Positions 1 through 14,404 of a stretch of DNA of 64,000 bases are shown piece after piece. Position 1 is the first letter of the stretch. Every line of letters begins with the position of its first letter. The DNA lies in contig NC_087251.1 of NCBI RefSeq assembly GCF_037042905.1, positions 15,750,001-15,814,000 of the forward strand, in the 5' to 3' direction. This stretch comes from Lytechinus pictus. Its lineage: Eukaryota. Both the position numbers and the translations under genes were made by a program. Under the pieces are notes generated by a model that was not told the DNA's origin, did not search any database, and saw only the letters and a list, made by a program, of their open reading frames with translations.

Positions 1-3000
1 AGGACACACCCTAGCCAACCAGGGAATCGGGATAAGGGAGGGGGGGGGGGAGGGGGGGTGGTTCCTACTCCTAAACTTACTTCTGAATAGACAAGCCCTA
101 GACAAGCCCATTGCCAATTTCTTTTCAGATTTTCATTATTGATTGCAAGGCAAGAGAGGTACAGGGACGATTGCCAAATCCCCCCCTAAAAAAACCCATT
201 ATAAATTGTGTCAGAGGATCCGAGGGAGGAACCTCATGAAACAAAGTTAATTATTGATCATTTTAATCTCGATATACTGTCTGGCAAGTATACAGTAAGC
301 GATTATCCATATTTTCAATGCGCTGGCCTCCTTTTCATGTTGATATATTACTTATCAAGCCAAACCCCCAAATATGTCATCCTGTTAATTACTTATCAAA
401 TGACTTTTGTTAGCAATCAATGGACACTTTGTCATCGTGGCTTAAAGACAGTCTAAAAACTGAAACGATCACCGTGACTGTATCTATTGATTTCCATGAA
501 TACACGCACAGATACACGACGTCATACTAAGTGTTTTCTGTCAGTTTAATTTCGAATACATGCTAACATCTACCCTCTAAAAATCGACCTGATCGGTTAT
601 AAGATCTTCAGAAACATATTTCGACTTTGAAGCTATTCTATCAAACTTAAAAAAAAATGACGAAACACCCCGAGTTAGCAAGTGCGTCATCTTTGTTATT
701 CGTGGTCATACAAGTGCATTTATAAAATATCTAGATCCATTACGGAGTTTCCCCTTTTCTTTTCATAAATAGAGATAAACATAAACAAGGATTATTTGAT
801 ATTCAAATTATGTAGACTGTATGAGGCGTTCATTCCGTTTCAAGTTCTTTGTTTATTTGTCTAGAAAAATTACGATATCTGTCAATGTTTGGATAACTTT
901 GTTTTTTGTTGTCGCGATCGCTTTGGATTATTTTTTCGAATATTTTCGTTTTTATGATGGAGGGTATGGAAATTGTAGTGTAACAATAAACTTTTTTTTC
1001 TTCGAATATCCTCGCTGCTTAAAATATAAAGGGGTAAATAATCAATGCTTAAGAAACTAGGAAATCTGCGGGGGGGGGGGCACATCACCTCCCCCACATC
1101 ATGATACCTAGATATGGTGATAGGCCTAAATAACTAGCTATGCCGCTGAAATAAACAATTAAACCATAATTTTATATCTTTATATGAATCGAATTCCATT
1201 AGTACCAATTTCCATAGGTATCGGCTGCCTCGATTTAAGTTTATCCATTTTTTCATTTCTAATTTCATCTGGCTGAAACGCATAAATCTAAATTCAATAA
1301 ATCTATATTGATAACCCTTTTTCGAATATCGCGACATATATGCAAATATTATTTATCCTTCGGTTTCCTTAGAATAGCAGCACGAGATGATAGTTAGATT
1401 GAACTGTTATATCCAGCATTAATTTGTCATGAATAAAACATGATTCGGACGACCTACATTATGCGACGTCAAACCTGTCAATTCAAGTGTGCTTTATGTC
1501 AGTTTAAGTTAAAAAAAAAAAAAAAAACAACATGTTAACAATCTCGAGCGAAATGAGAATGGTTCATCACATGACAGATAAACTTTATCCTTAATAATTC
1601 ATCGCCATACTAGACTGCGTTAAAGGATATCATTGGAGATTGACAAATTTTGTCAATTTTGTTCCATTCCAGGTAGAATGAAACAGTTAACCGACTGAAA
1701 GCAAAACTAGGCATATTCTAGAAAATAACTTGGAAAGAAAAGATTTATTCTACATTCTACGCTGCAAAGCCAAGGTCTTAAATGTAAGAGATTTACACAA
1801 AATGATTCAGTTAAAAAATTTGCGAAATAGTTGCTGTACAGGTATGCATAAGCAAAAATTATAGACTGTCATCATATTGGTTGACTTGATTGATAACACA
1901 GTGATTATATAATTTTGCTGTTAAAACATGAATAGGCGAATGGGTGCAATTGAAAATCTAATACCTGAATTAAAAATCAGATGGTTAATTATTTTTTAAC
2001 ATTTGGGGTTGGAAAATTATTGATTACTGAACTTCAGAATTAATGTAACTATATAATTCTGTACTTAAAATACGGCTAGTGGGATAAGTGAACTGTAATG
2101 AATCTCGAAATGGAAATGCTGCTTTCTCAAAATGAAAAGGTACTTTTGTTGTTTTCTATTTTTCAATATTGATAATTTTTACAAATTTCCTAAAATGTCT
2201 GACGATTTGAGTTTTCAGTTTTCTTACGCCAATTGTATTACAAAATGTACTATAAATTAAAAAAATATATACATTATTTTGGCTTTCTTGCCTCGCTCTC
2301 TTGGAAATTTCGATGATGGTGGAATATCCAAAATTCAAACCCTAAAATTTTAAAGGGGTAAGACCTCTGCTGATGAACTACACTTCATTTTTTGTTAAGC
2401 ATTATAGTTGTATGCAATTATTTCAAGGGCACGGAGAAACGTATCAAAGGCAGTTGTTACAGGGACTTACCATGCATGTCCCTGGTTGTTATAACCATTC
2501 AGATCATGACAGTAGAAGTATAGGTCCAAGCTCAAAATCAAATTGCACAGTAAGGGAACAGGGAAATAATATTTACAGGCGCTATACAGTAGATAGGTCA
2601 ATCAATCCAACTTAATCTGGATGAGATTAACTTGAGCTCGGATTTTCGAAGGAGAAACTTTCATTGCTGGAATCTTCAATCAAAGGCATTTTCATGGCAG
2701 AAAAAAATATTTATGTTGTCGGGTTTTATAAGGGATGTTTTAGGACTTGTGAATATTGTGATGTCCTTTGCCCGCCTTCGAAGGGGAGGGCATAAAACCG
2801 CAGTTCGGATGTCTGTGGTATATACGTGATGAATAAACAGACAACCGAGCTGTGGTTTTATGAAACTAGGATCTCTGGTAAGTACATGAAGTATCTCCAT
2901 CGAGATCCATCAATCTATAAATGCGTAATAATTATCTTTACTCACGCAAAGTTAGTTTTAATATGACAGAAACGATAGAAAAATACGATTGAAAGAGACT

Positions 3001-4863
3001 GGCAAATTTATTGAAAAGAGTGAAAAATCATCTCTCTAGAAATTACACTGCTGAACATATTTGTAACCATTAAACCAATACAAGACAGCTATATGTATTT
3101 TAGAACAGTCTTGATAAATAGGCCTATACATTTTCATCTAATAATCGGAAAATGATCGTGAATGTTGTTTATAACAATAAGATGACCATTCGATCCTGAT
3201 TGGGATAAAAACGGGAATGCCTGGAAGCATAATATACTGTAAACATTTTGTTTGTTGGTAAATATTGTAATACGATTGTTGTAAAGATTATAGGAAAGTA
3301 ATTCATCATTCCATTCAATGTTATTTTAATAAGACTACATGATTTTAAATGTTGCATTATGGGTAAAATATCCTAAACATTTCTTCGTTTCCCAAGCCCT
3401 CAGATAGGACTGCATGCAGGTAGTTTGTCATCATTGTCGCAGATCACGTGAAAACAATCCATCTGCTTTTATAGCTAGAAAAAAATTCAGTTACTATGGT
3501 AACAAAAATATCCATTCACCATGTCCACCGTCGGGCGAAATCTTTTTTTTTTGAAAATGTTTGATATTATCCTAGAATGAAATTCTCTCTAACGTATTTC
3601 CACTTTGGTCTTCTGCCGAAGGCATTATGAGAAAAGTAGTTTGTGATTAGTGAGTGATTGTCAGTGTGTTTTTTTCTCTCAGTGAAAATTGAATATAAAC
3701 ATAATCTTCCCTAGTAGGTTCATGATTATGATTGCCCTTTCTTTGCCCATTTTGCATTCATGAAGGTTTATTGATGTGCATTATAATGTATTCTAATTCC
3801 GATCGCACAAGAGTGATTCAGATTTAGAAATTTTTCTTGGAATTGCAAATATTTCAATTAAAATTTCCAAGAATGCATGAAGAATGTAAATGATTTCCTA
3901 ATCACGCAAGATTAGCTGTATTAAAATTAGTATAATGCCGATGTTTACCTAAGTATTTCTTTGTAAATGGGCACTAATAAACATTATAAAAAGTAATATG
4001 ACTGTAACCCATCACTAAAACGTTTTTAGGGTACTTTAGGGTAGGCTCTTTATGTCTATGAAACCTGAACCATTTGTTGGGCATTATTGTGAAATAAAGA
4101 AAGAAAACAAAAATAACCTAATATCTCATTAATTTGAGTATACAGATGTCAAACGTTGTGCAAAAACAATATTTCAAGATAATTATGGTTACCGATAATA
4201 ATATAATGACGACAAATTGATACAAATATTTGTTTATTTATTTATTAATTTTTTTTTCTTTTGAATTAATGAATCGATATACCACTTTTTAAACCATAAG
4301 AAATTTTCATTATCCTTCGTCGCCGGAAACTGGCTGCGACAATACAAGTAAGGAAGCAAGCAGACTGAGAGAACAAGATAATACATCGAAGCTCTAATAA
4401 ACCCAAGCTGTAAATTATATTTCTTTGTTTATGCGTGAAAATATTCTTAAGCAAATCAACGCGGAGAGAACAGTGTGAAACAGTGCCCTATAAAGACAGA
4501 GAAAGAGAAAGACGGGTATCAAATCATCCATATCATCTGCTGAAAGAAATGAATGAAAAGTTTCCAAACGCGGGAAGATTCGAAATTCGGCCGGAAACTG
4601 TGCTGATTTATTAATAACATCCTATACGGGTTATTACTGAAATGATTATTTTGTACTGAGTGAGATTTTCGACCTCGCACGTTTGCATGAATGATAAGCT
4701 CCAGACTTTACCTCAGTCGTCCATGATTCCTACATTATTGGGGGTACGGTGTATTTTGGTTTTGTCTTATCAATACAAATATCCATATCCTCATAACCTC
4801 AAATGCTATATTTCCGGCAATAACACGACTAATGTGTAAGGATAACACGTAGGCTATGTTTAA

Positions 4864-5180
4864 AGGACAAGTCCACCCCAAAAAAATATTGATTTGAATA
4901 AAAAGAGAAAAATCCAACGAGCATAACACTGAAAATTTCATCAAAACCAGATGTAAAATAAGAAAGTTATGACATTTTCAAGTTTCACTTAATATCACAA
5001 AACATTTATAAAAATTATGCACATCCTGGTTGGTATGCAAATGAGGAGACTGATGACGTCATCCACTCACTATTTCTTTTGCATTTTATGATATGAAATA
5101 TTCTAATTTTCTCCTCATTGTCAAGTGAAACAGTGATTAATTCCTCCCTGAACATATAGAATTAGCATTGTTTATACTAT
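4864..5180. mobile_element. Partial copy of the AGG(A/T)CAAGTCCACCC MITE family
   Basis: Matches one arm of 24721-25329. Confidence 0.75.
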
Positions 5181-5558
5181 ATTATTCAAATCAACATTTG
5201 GCTTCGTACATTATGTGTCTGTTTTTGTCATGATAGCTGATTTTCACATTAGTGATCATCATTGCTCCCTTCCCCATCTCTCCCTCTCTATTTTCTCCCC
5301 AAAATCATATCACCATTCACTCCATTAAGTTATCAACACTTTCTTTCTTTACCATTTCTATTTCATCAGTTGGCTGAAAGACTGAAATGTACGTTATTGT
5401 TCTCCAACGTTACATGACCATCTCTCTTTTTAACATCTTTCTTATTTTCCACTTTCACCTACACGTACATTTATCTTCGCTACTACTATACTTATGTCCA
5501 GAGTTCTTCTTTGTCTTTCCCTCTCTTTCCGTCCCTCCATTTTATTAATCTTACTTTA

Positions 5559-6421
5559 AGGCCTGGTTACACCACCCGAACCTTGCTGGAGCGTTCCTTG
5601 AACGGTAGGGAAAGGGGTCCGCATTCCGACAAAGCTTGTCACCGCGCACAAAATGGTGGGGGGAGGGAATCGAAAACACGGGCGTTGCCTTAGCGGTGCA
5701 CCGCTGAAGCCGGCTTTGCTTTAGCGTTGGTTTAACGATAGGGAGCGGTAGCGAGCGTTGGTTTAGCGGTGACGGCGTTTTGCGCATGGCTCGGCGGGGG
5801 TTTAAAGTTGGTTAGCGGCATACAGCTTTTGACTGCCGAGCTGAACGGTTCGCTTTGATATAAGTTCTGATAGATTTTTTATATAAGTCGATAGCTGAAG
5901 TTCATCAAATTCTGGTCCCGCTCCGACACCTCCATACCAACGCCAAACCAAAGTTCATCATCGCAATGGATCGCTGCTTCGAAGCACGACACCAATCCAA
6001 CAATCCCGTATCCGCTCGTAAAACGCATACAACTGCTCCATCAAAGTTTGTGCAACGTTTGAAGCTGACGAGGCAGCGGTGGTCCAGCGTTCAAGATTTC
6101 TGCGTTGGTCTAGCTCACCCAAGCGTACACGAACTTGCGTCTAGCGGTGCCAAACTTTGTCTGGGCGTTGTTGGAGCGGTGGTGAACTTTGCCGGAGCGG
6201 AAAATTGCCCGCTCCTCACCGCTCGCAATATTTTGAGCAGCTCAAAACTTTAGGAGGGACATCAGCGGTGGTCGAGCGTATATAGCGTTACCTTAACGGG
6301 GGCCAACTTCTGTTAAACCATGGACCTATGTTAAACGGTGGTGACCGGTAACAAGCGGTGATGAATTTATTTCACCGCTCCAGGAACGCTCCAGCAAAGT
6401 TCTGGCGGTGTGACCAGGCCT
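5559..6421. mobile_element. MITE, PIF/Harbinger-like TIRs
   Basis: ~50-bp TIRs AGGCCTGGTTACACC...GCTGGAGCGTTCC / GGAACGCTCCAGC...GGTGTGACCAGGCCT; no coding capacity. Confidence 0.8.
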
Positions 6422-6425
6422 TCTA

Positions 6426-6719
6426 AGGCCTGGTCACACCAGCCGACGGACCCCGCGACGGACACAAAACGTATTCACAACGGATACAGCGGACAAGCAA
6501 AATTTCGAGATGGCTCCATCCGTTTTCATCCGCTCCAGAAAATAGACAAAATGGGCGAAAATTGAAATCACAGTGGACGGATGCTCGATGGATATAGAGC
6601 GTATGAAACACGTATATACAAAGAGTACACAACGGATACATAACATTTTCCAACTGATGGCAAGATTTTTTTCCGTTTTACACCCTCTCTGCATCCGTAA
6701 GTGCAGTGAGACCAAGCCT
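6426..6719. mobile_element. Second Harbinger-like MITE abutting the first
   Basis: Ends AGGCCTGGTCACAC / GTGAGACCAAGCCT; interior rich in ACGGA/TCCGT, unrelated to the neighbour. Confidence 0.7.
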
Positions 6720-6788
6720 TAATTTAGCCTTCTCACATCCAAGTTATACCACGTACCTCCTAGGTACGGGGATGAAATATTGTATAAT

Positions 6789-7814
6789 CAGGGGCGGATC
6801 CAGCTTTCGCCAATAGGGAGGGGGGGCGAAAAATATTTTCATCAACATTTTTCTCGTTTGGCCGCTATAATCTGATTTTTTTGTTGGTTTTTCAGGGGGT
6901 AGTCCTAACTAAAGACTGAAGTTTTTATTGTTATAAACAAGATAAGGTATCTCATGTGGTCTTAATATAATACGCGAGCTTAAATTCTTTGATATTTCAT
7001 GTCCTTAGACCTGAAGATTCTGAGCAGTTTTTATAATCATGAACAAAGATAAGTATCCAACTAAACAATGCGAGCGCGAAGCGCGAGTCGAAATTTTAAT
7101 ATAGTAACGTGAAAAGGGACTCAATTAGGAATGTTTTTAGTGATTAATGAAGAGGATACAACTATCACCAATTAAATAATGAGTGTGCGATATTTTGATA
7201 TTCCGACCTGAAACTGGACAGTCTAAGCACGTCTTTATTTAAATAAAGAACAAGCTGTGTCTCATACAATTAAATGCGAGCGCGAAGCACGAGCTTAGAT
7301 TTATACTGACATGATAAAGTGGCATTTTGAGAAATTTTGGTAAGAATTTCAAAAGAGGATAGGTATCTCACAAATCAAACAATGCGAGCGCGCAGCGCGA
7401 GCTGAAAATTTTGATATATATTAACAATTTGTGTTAATCAAACAAAATAATGAAAGCTTGATGTGCGAGCTAAAAAATTGTGTGCAAATTGATTTCAGAA
7501 CTGGATATATTAAGTGCCATTTAATCCTCTTGATATAGATTCATTACACAGGCAATGCGAGCGCGAAGCGCGAGCGAAATTTTTAATATAAATTATATTT
7601 TCCTATTCTTCCCCTCACCTTTTTCTTGTTTCCTTTCGGGTCGGGCCGGCTGTATGAGGCTGTAAATTACACATCATGGGTATAATACCTCTTTCTTACT
7701 TTTCTTTCTGTTTTACATCGTTTCTATCAAGTTAAAGAGTACACTTTTTTCTGCAGGTTGCCAAAAAATAGGGGGGGGCGGGGCCGGCTCGACCCCCTCC
7801 TGGATCCGCGCCTG
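6789..7814. mobile_element. Non-autonomous DNA transposon with CAGGGGCGGATCCAG termini
   Basis: TIRs CAGGGGCGGATCCAG / CTGGATCCGCGCCTG, flanked by ATAAT on both sides; internal repeats of ATGCGAGCGCGAAGCGCGAG. Confidence 0.8.
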
Positions 7815-8165
7815 ATAATTGATATATATTTTAAATCATTCATTGGTTTCGTTTTATTTTTTACGTTTCTGCGAATTCGCTCATCTTTTGCTCCCATTCT
7901 ATTCTGTATAGTATTGTAGGCCTAAATTTAATCGTGATTTCGCCAACTTTTTTTATTTTATTTTCTTGCATTCTGCCTACATAAATCTTTAGATTTTCTT
8001 TCAAACTAAACAATATAAATACATATATAAAATAATGAAATGGTATTCTATACCTTCATCGTAGAGCCTATTCGACCAAGGAGCTTCAAACTGTTTTTGA
8101 CGTTCCCACTTATGACCAATAAGGATATACTCCTTCTTTTGACCAATCTCGGATGATTGGTCTTT

Positions 8166-9500
8166 TCATTTTCATTTCATTTTCATTAATTGGTTTTTGC
8201 AACATTTTTCATAACAAAACTCCGGACAAGAAAATACATATCTGAAAATTTGACATCAAGATAATGAACAATAGTTTTGTATATAAATCATCAAATATAT
8301 CTTACATAAATGAAAAATATTAAGTGGTATTTTCTGTTAAACAATAAATAGGATGGTTGCAAGGGTCGTCACAAAAGCAAAGCTTGAAAACGTAACAGCC
8401 CTGGAAAACTGCCAAAATAATTAATATCTATTGTCATTAAACGTGCAAGTGCATGAGGGACGGGGGGGGGGGGGGTGGGAAAGGGAGATGCTTGGTCCTT
8501 AGCATGGAATTTTAGAAAATAACACGTTTTGTTGTTTGATTTTTAATTTATACATGTTCTAGATAAAAGTCAATGTCTAATTAAAATAATGATAACAATG
8601 GTAATGATTTTTTTTTATTTGTTAGGTATTGGTTTAATTGCAATTCTTTTATAGTTCGTTTAAAGGAATAAAAATGATCTTGTCAGCTTGAGTGAATCTG
8701 GCAATGCATTCCAAATATCAGATCCATGATGTCTTAGTGTTTTTTGTGCAAATAGTGTCCTGGGATTGTTTAAGTGAATATTATTGCATGTTCTTGTTGG
8801 ATATGAGTGTAAATTGTTATTATATGAAAATAAATCCGTGAATACTGGAGGAAGCATGTCATAATTATATCTATACATAAACGGTGCTATTTGTAAAGTA
8901 TTAATATCATTTATCTTAAATATTTTAAGACGATAAAAAAGAGGGTCTGTATGTGAAAGATATGCAGATTTTGAACAAATTCTAACCGCTTTCTTTTGCA
9001 ATAAAAGTATATGATTAAGCCTTGTCTTGCAGATATCCCCCCAAATGAGGTTACAGTAGTGAATATATGGTAAAATCAATGTATTATATATCATAACAAG
9101 AGATTTCTCTGGTAAGATTTTTTTTAGTTTACATAGTATTCTAATTCCTTTAGCTACAAAGGAAGACACGTTGCTTATGTGCGGAGTCCATGATAAATGC
9201 TTGTCTATTGTGATACCAAGGAATTTTACGTATTCTTTTTTATCTAAAGGCACATTATCAATTTTTATATCTTGTGTAAAATTTTCATTTCTATGAGATG
9301 ATTGAAAATGAATAATATGAGTTTTACTTATGTTAAGATATAACTTACTACATTTAAACCATGATGAATTCATTATATTTGTTAATTCTGGTAAGTTCTT
9401 GTGAGATAACAAAATATTAGTATCATCGGCGAATAAGATGAAAGAAAGAATGGAAGATGAATTTACTATATCATTAATGTATACTAAAAATAACAAAGGT
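8166..9500 (-). mobile_element. 5'-truncated non-LTR retrotransposon (L2/CR1/Crack-like) with RT C-terminal ORF 9496-8660
   Basis: ORF LFLVYINDI...ILFADDT...KFLGITID..LSW..HI; 3' UTR ending in a (TGAAAA)n-like tail near 8166-8190; possible 7-bp TSD GGTCTTT (8159-8165, 9498-9504). Confidence 0.85.
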
Positions 9501-11121
9501 CTTTATCAGCTGTAAAGAAAGTTTTTTTTTCCTCAAGCTCGGTCTTCAAGATATAGGCGAATTGTGTAATATTCCAGTGTGCCAAAATTGATACATGACT
9601 GTAATAACACGACACGATCAAACCTCAGAGGAAGTTTCTCCCGAAGTTTCTCCAAGGTATGTTGTCCCGGGATGTTTTTTCGTTGTTGCGAAACTCAGCA
9701 GTTATATTCAATCATCAAGTCAAATGATTTATTTGCGAACATACTTGCAATTTCACCATGGATATTTTCTGGCGATAATTCAATTTTGTTTTAATTGTAT
9801 CTGCCCCAAAACATCTGATGAATGATTGCCTGAACCTAAAAGTAAAATTTGAGTAGGAGAGTGAAAGAAAGCCACAGCTGGTGTGATATAGAAGATATAT
9901 GAGAGGGATACAGATTTGTTTTTATTGGTTCAGGATCGGTAAAGGCGTTCAGCAGTGCGAGTAGAAGAGCGCCTTTGATACTGCTTTGTCAGCTAGAATG
10001 AAAATGACTACATAAATTCCTTAACCCAACTGTTCCCCCTCCCCTTTTGAAAGTGAGGATTTTTTTTTGCTTGTAAATTTTCGCGAACGAAATGACTTTC
10101 AATTTTCGGTGAAAACCTTTTTTTTTTTTTTGTCAAAATTCATCGGGAAAATGTGCCCCCCCCCTTTGGAAAAACCTTGACCCGCTCCCATATTATGCGT
10201 TGGTATAGTTCAAGGAGTGACCCGTGTATATCAAAATTTGTGCCTCTATGATTGAGTTGCGTTTAAACAGAGTAGAATTTAACAAACATTATTTAAAAAA
10301 TATATATATTTCATACATCATTTCTTTTCTCAAATGTGGGAGTAGAAAATGTCATGCAATAAATTGGAACAATCATGCAAACTATAACACCTTCGATGCG
10401 ATCCCCCTCGGAAATTGTGACATATTTTGTGAACCTCCCAAATCATATAATAAATTCCTCATCTAACACTGAAGGAATTCACATGAGATGTCTGGTCATC
10501 GCATATCATTTTACATGCAGAGGTTTGCCCAACAGCGGTCCACATGGATGGACGATCTGAATAAAAAAAGCTGAAATGACCGGGCGGCACAACGTGCTTT
10601 CGGATATAGAGGGGCACCAACAAAGGACGATGGGAAAGGGGTATTCATAATCATGAAAATCAAAACTAAAACCTTCAATGGATAAGGACGTGTATACTCA
10701 CCAACCCACCCACAAACATATTTCACCGATACCCTGCCCCAAACAGCTAAGTCAGGAGTTACGATAGATTTCCTTTAGGATGTCTTATATTGAAAACAAT
10801 GCAGGGTAAATAACGTTGACCAGGGGTTTTACTACATTAATTATTTTGAGGACACACTGTATTCGCTATAAACAAAAATTCAGGTGATAAACAATTCACA
10901 TCGAGCTTTACCGTACAACTTGATTAAAAAAAAAAACTTAAATTCTAGTAAAATAATGAAAACAAGTCTTACTCGCTAATGGCAACAAATTCTTTGTCTA
11001 CATGTATATTGCAATTAAATACTCCCAAATCGAATTTCTTTTATTTAAACATTTCAAATAGTTATTTGTAAGTTAAAAAACTGCAGAAAGAAACATTTTC
11101 AAAATTATAAATTGCACTTAC

Positions 11122-11213
11122 TTGTCATAACGAACAGCTGAAGTGGCAATTCCTAATAGGGAAATAAATAGAAGGAGAAAACATCTCCTGATAGTTGTTA
11201 CAAAACTCCTCAT
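11122..11213 (-). CDS. Gene A: probable first (signal peptide) exon of a further carboxypeptidase paralog
   Basis: MRSFVTTIRRCFLLLFISLLGIATSAVRYD+AA followed by GTAAGT; same VRYD ending and phase-2 donor as exon 1 of genes B and C, same strand. No downstream exon found in 1-11100. Confidence 0.55.
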
Positions 11214-12804
11214 AGTACTGGCTCTTATCGAATGCAGAGCAAATCCAATGTTCTCCACCAACGGGGTTCGACTGTCTAACATAAAAACGGACCGATCTCG
11301 CATTTCAGACATCCCAAGCTATCACTCTGACGTCATGATTATGTCATTCTCTCAAACTTCTCAAAGGTTAAAATACTAAGATGATAGTTAATTGTCCGAG
11401 GTATAAAGAAGACCTGCTAGCAACAGTCCGAAGTCGTAAGAATGATTACTCAAGAGCCAGGGCGCCCGCACTGAAATACGGATAGTCAGGCGAACTGTTG
11501 AAGTGACATCACACTTAGCTGATCATAATATTGAGATATCGCGATTATCAGCTTGATATAAAAAGTTGATTATAAAGCGTATTCTAGAAGCTGACGATCA
11601 AATATAGTAGAGGATTAAGATGTTACACGAAGGTTGAGAACTTTGCTCAACATTAGTTTTATTTTTGCGCTTATATATTACCGGATAATCATAAGCGTTA
11701 TCAGATTATCCAATACGATTGGGTAACCCCTGTATTGTTTTTATCTGTTTGGAAGGGAATGCGAATTCAATAGAGTCGTTGAATTGATCACACACGCCAG
11801 ATGTGACATTTTGGCAATGGTTGGCCTTTTGTCCGGGGCGCTCAACTTCGACTGCTGTACAAATGAACTCTGTATTTTTTCTTTTCATAGTCAGCTTAGA
11901 AGGAAGTTTTATCTTATTTCATTTTTTAAAGTTAGGCTATATACCTTTATTCGTGAAAAGCATTTTTTGCTTCCTTGTTCCAACTCTCTCTCGAGAAAGC
12001 TGCAGTTTAGGGAATAAAACCAATTAATTTTATCCGTTTCGAGAGCAGCATGATCTGGATGAATTCGTTTGAAAATAGACACTCGGCCATATATTGGTAA
12101 ATATTGTCAATAAACCCGGCTGATTCTCGAAGCTTTGGACACAGTTAATACCGTTGATATAGCCTCTTAAACTAATCTAGAAATGTAATCGTCTGCCAGT
12201 AATTTCATGAAGCTGATCTTACGTTACGCACGAAACATGACAGGTGGCCTTCTAAATAAGATATCACAAATTTATTCCGTCTTGAACATTTTGAGATGAA
12301 TTATCTTTTAAAACTGATCAGATTTCGACTAATTTGAACGAAAATCTAATTTTATATTTCATCAATGGAGAGTTAAATAATTGAGAATCTGATTTGGAAC
12401 CTATATAAGGCCAGGATTGTGCGTAAAGTTGTGCGTAACTTCGAAAAGTTTTTTGAAACACCACCCTGGATTTGTAAAGGTATCAAACTCATGAGTGATT
12501 CTCATATATCAGCTGCCCACACGTGTATACTTTGTCAATTACAATGAAATATGAAAGAACAAAGGCAATTATTCTATGACAAATACTGCAAGGCTCCCAA
12601 AATACAACTTAAAAGGGAAATCAGTAAAGATATCTCCAAGATCATGACGAGTTTATGACTTGTCGTCATCTTATAAGAAAGAAAAAAAGCCTCGTATAAA
12701 TGTGTTTATTGACGTACTATTCATTCGTTTGGTTTTTATTTATTCATTTATTCAATCACTTATTTACCTACTCATCTAGTTATTCATTGACTTATCATTT
12801 AGTT

Positions 12805-12844
<40 letters not shown>

Positions 12845-13619
12845 TTATTTGTTTATTTATTTATTCATCTATTCATTCATTTATTCATTCATTTTTTCCC
12901 AGTTATTAATCAGTGTATCTTTGAATATGTCCCTTTTCCCATTAATTCATTTCTCTATATATACTAGTTACATAAATATACCTATTTTATCATCATTTGT
13001 TATCAATAAATTAATGAAATAAGATATCACTAAGTTAAACATAGTGTCAAGTAGTAAACTATAATTATTAATGAACAAAAGGGAAGTATATTCTGAAGTA
13101 AAGTAGGTGTATAATAAAGACGGTATATTGAGAGAAATGCATTAATGAAGGTTTTGTGAAAACCCATCACAGAATGTCAGTTTTGGAGCTTGTAATACGC
13201 AATGTAATGTGCAGGCACCGTAAAACCGGGGGGGGGGGGGGGCACTTCAATCCCTACTTTTTCAATACCAAATACAAAATCGTGAAAATTATCATCAAAT
13301 TTTGTTTTATGCATGTTTAGCCCCAAAAATTTCTGGAACATTATATAAATGCCGTAGAGGACAGGTTCTCAGAAAATTTAAAACGATTTCGCATTTTGCA
13401 TTCTTATGCTTCTATAAAAAAAATACACCATAAACCATATTAGTAGTTCTATTATGGTATAGCTCCTATTACAATCTAATGTCCATAAGTTTTAATATTT
13501 TATTTATTTTTGACAAACATTCATATGGTTTTCTAATTTTCTTGTCCAATCAAATATCACGGTGGACTGTACACTAAATCCAGTAATTGATTCATGTTTT
13601 TTGTTTGCTTTGTTTATCC

Positions 13620-13757
13620 GTTCATTTATTCATTCATTCACTCATTCATTCACTCATTCATTCACTCATTCATTCATTCATTCATTCATTCATTCATTCA
13701 TTCATTCATTCATTCATTCATTCCTTCATTCATTCATTCATTCATTCATTCATTCAT
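13620..13757 (+). repeat. (ATTC)n microsatellite
   Basis: Direct inspection. Confidence 0.95.
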
Positions 13758-14404
13758 CGATGGATGTATTATTAAAAAGAAAACAAGGAAGAAACAATGA
13801 GAGCTGAAAAGAAAAACAGCTTATAAGCGTGAAATTGTGCAAAACCATCCTTTTTCATTTCAAAGATAAATGTAATGAACTTGTCTATCACTTATTTATT
13901 CAGAAATCAAATAATATGGTGTAAATTCATTATTCTAATATTCTAGTAGTTGAAAGAATTATAATTTTTCATTTTCTGATTTGGGTAAATCAACTTGGCT
14001 CCAAGGTCGAATAAAATTGAAAATATCAAACCGATTGTCTATCATCAACCACCTTCACTCTGAATTTGGTCAGCTGTTATTTCTCATCATCACCTATAAA
14101 TTGTTAATAATTGGTTTTTTAACTGCATGCATGTAAGGTTTGACATTTTCTATTGTGTTTTGGACTCATACTCCAGGGGTTTTTACTTACTAATTTACTT
14201 GGACAAGGAGACATAAAATTTGCCTGTTTCTCCCCTCTTCACAATAAGATCATTAAAAAAATATTTTGTGTTTGTTTGTATCAAAGAATAGTATGAATTA
14301 CCGCAAAACATGATACCCAGTCAAACACTACCTGTATTTGAAAATATTTATTTGAGAGATTGCATGTCTCATATCTTAAAATTAAATCTTTGAAAACCGA
14401 GTGC

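Noticed and set aside
10480..10556. Strong acceptor as candidate exon 2 of gene A
   Set aside because: Phase-compatible frame has no carboxypeptidase similarity and soon hits a stop.
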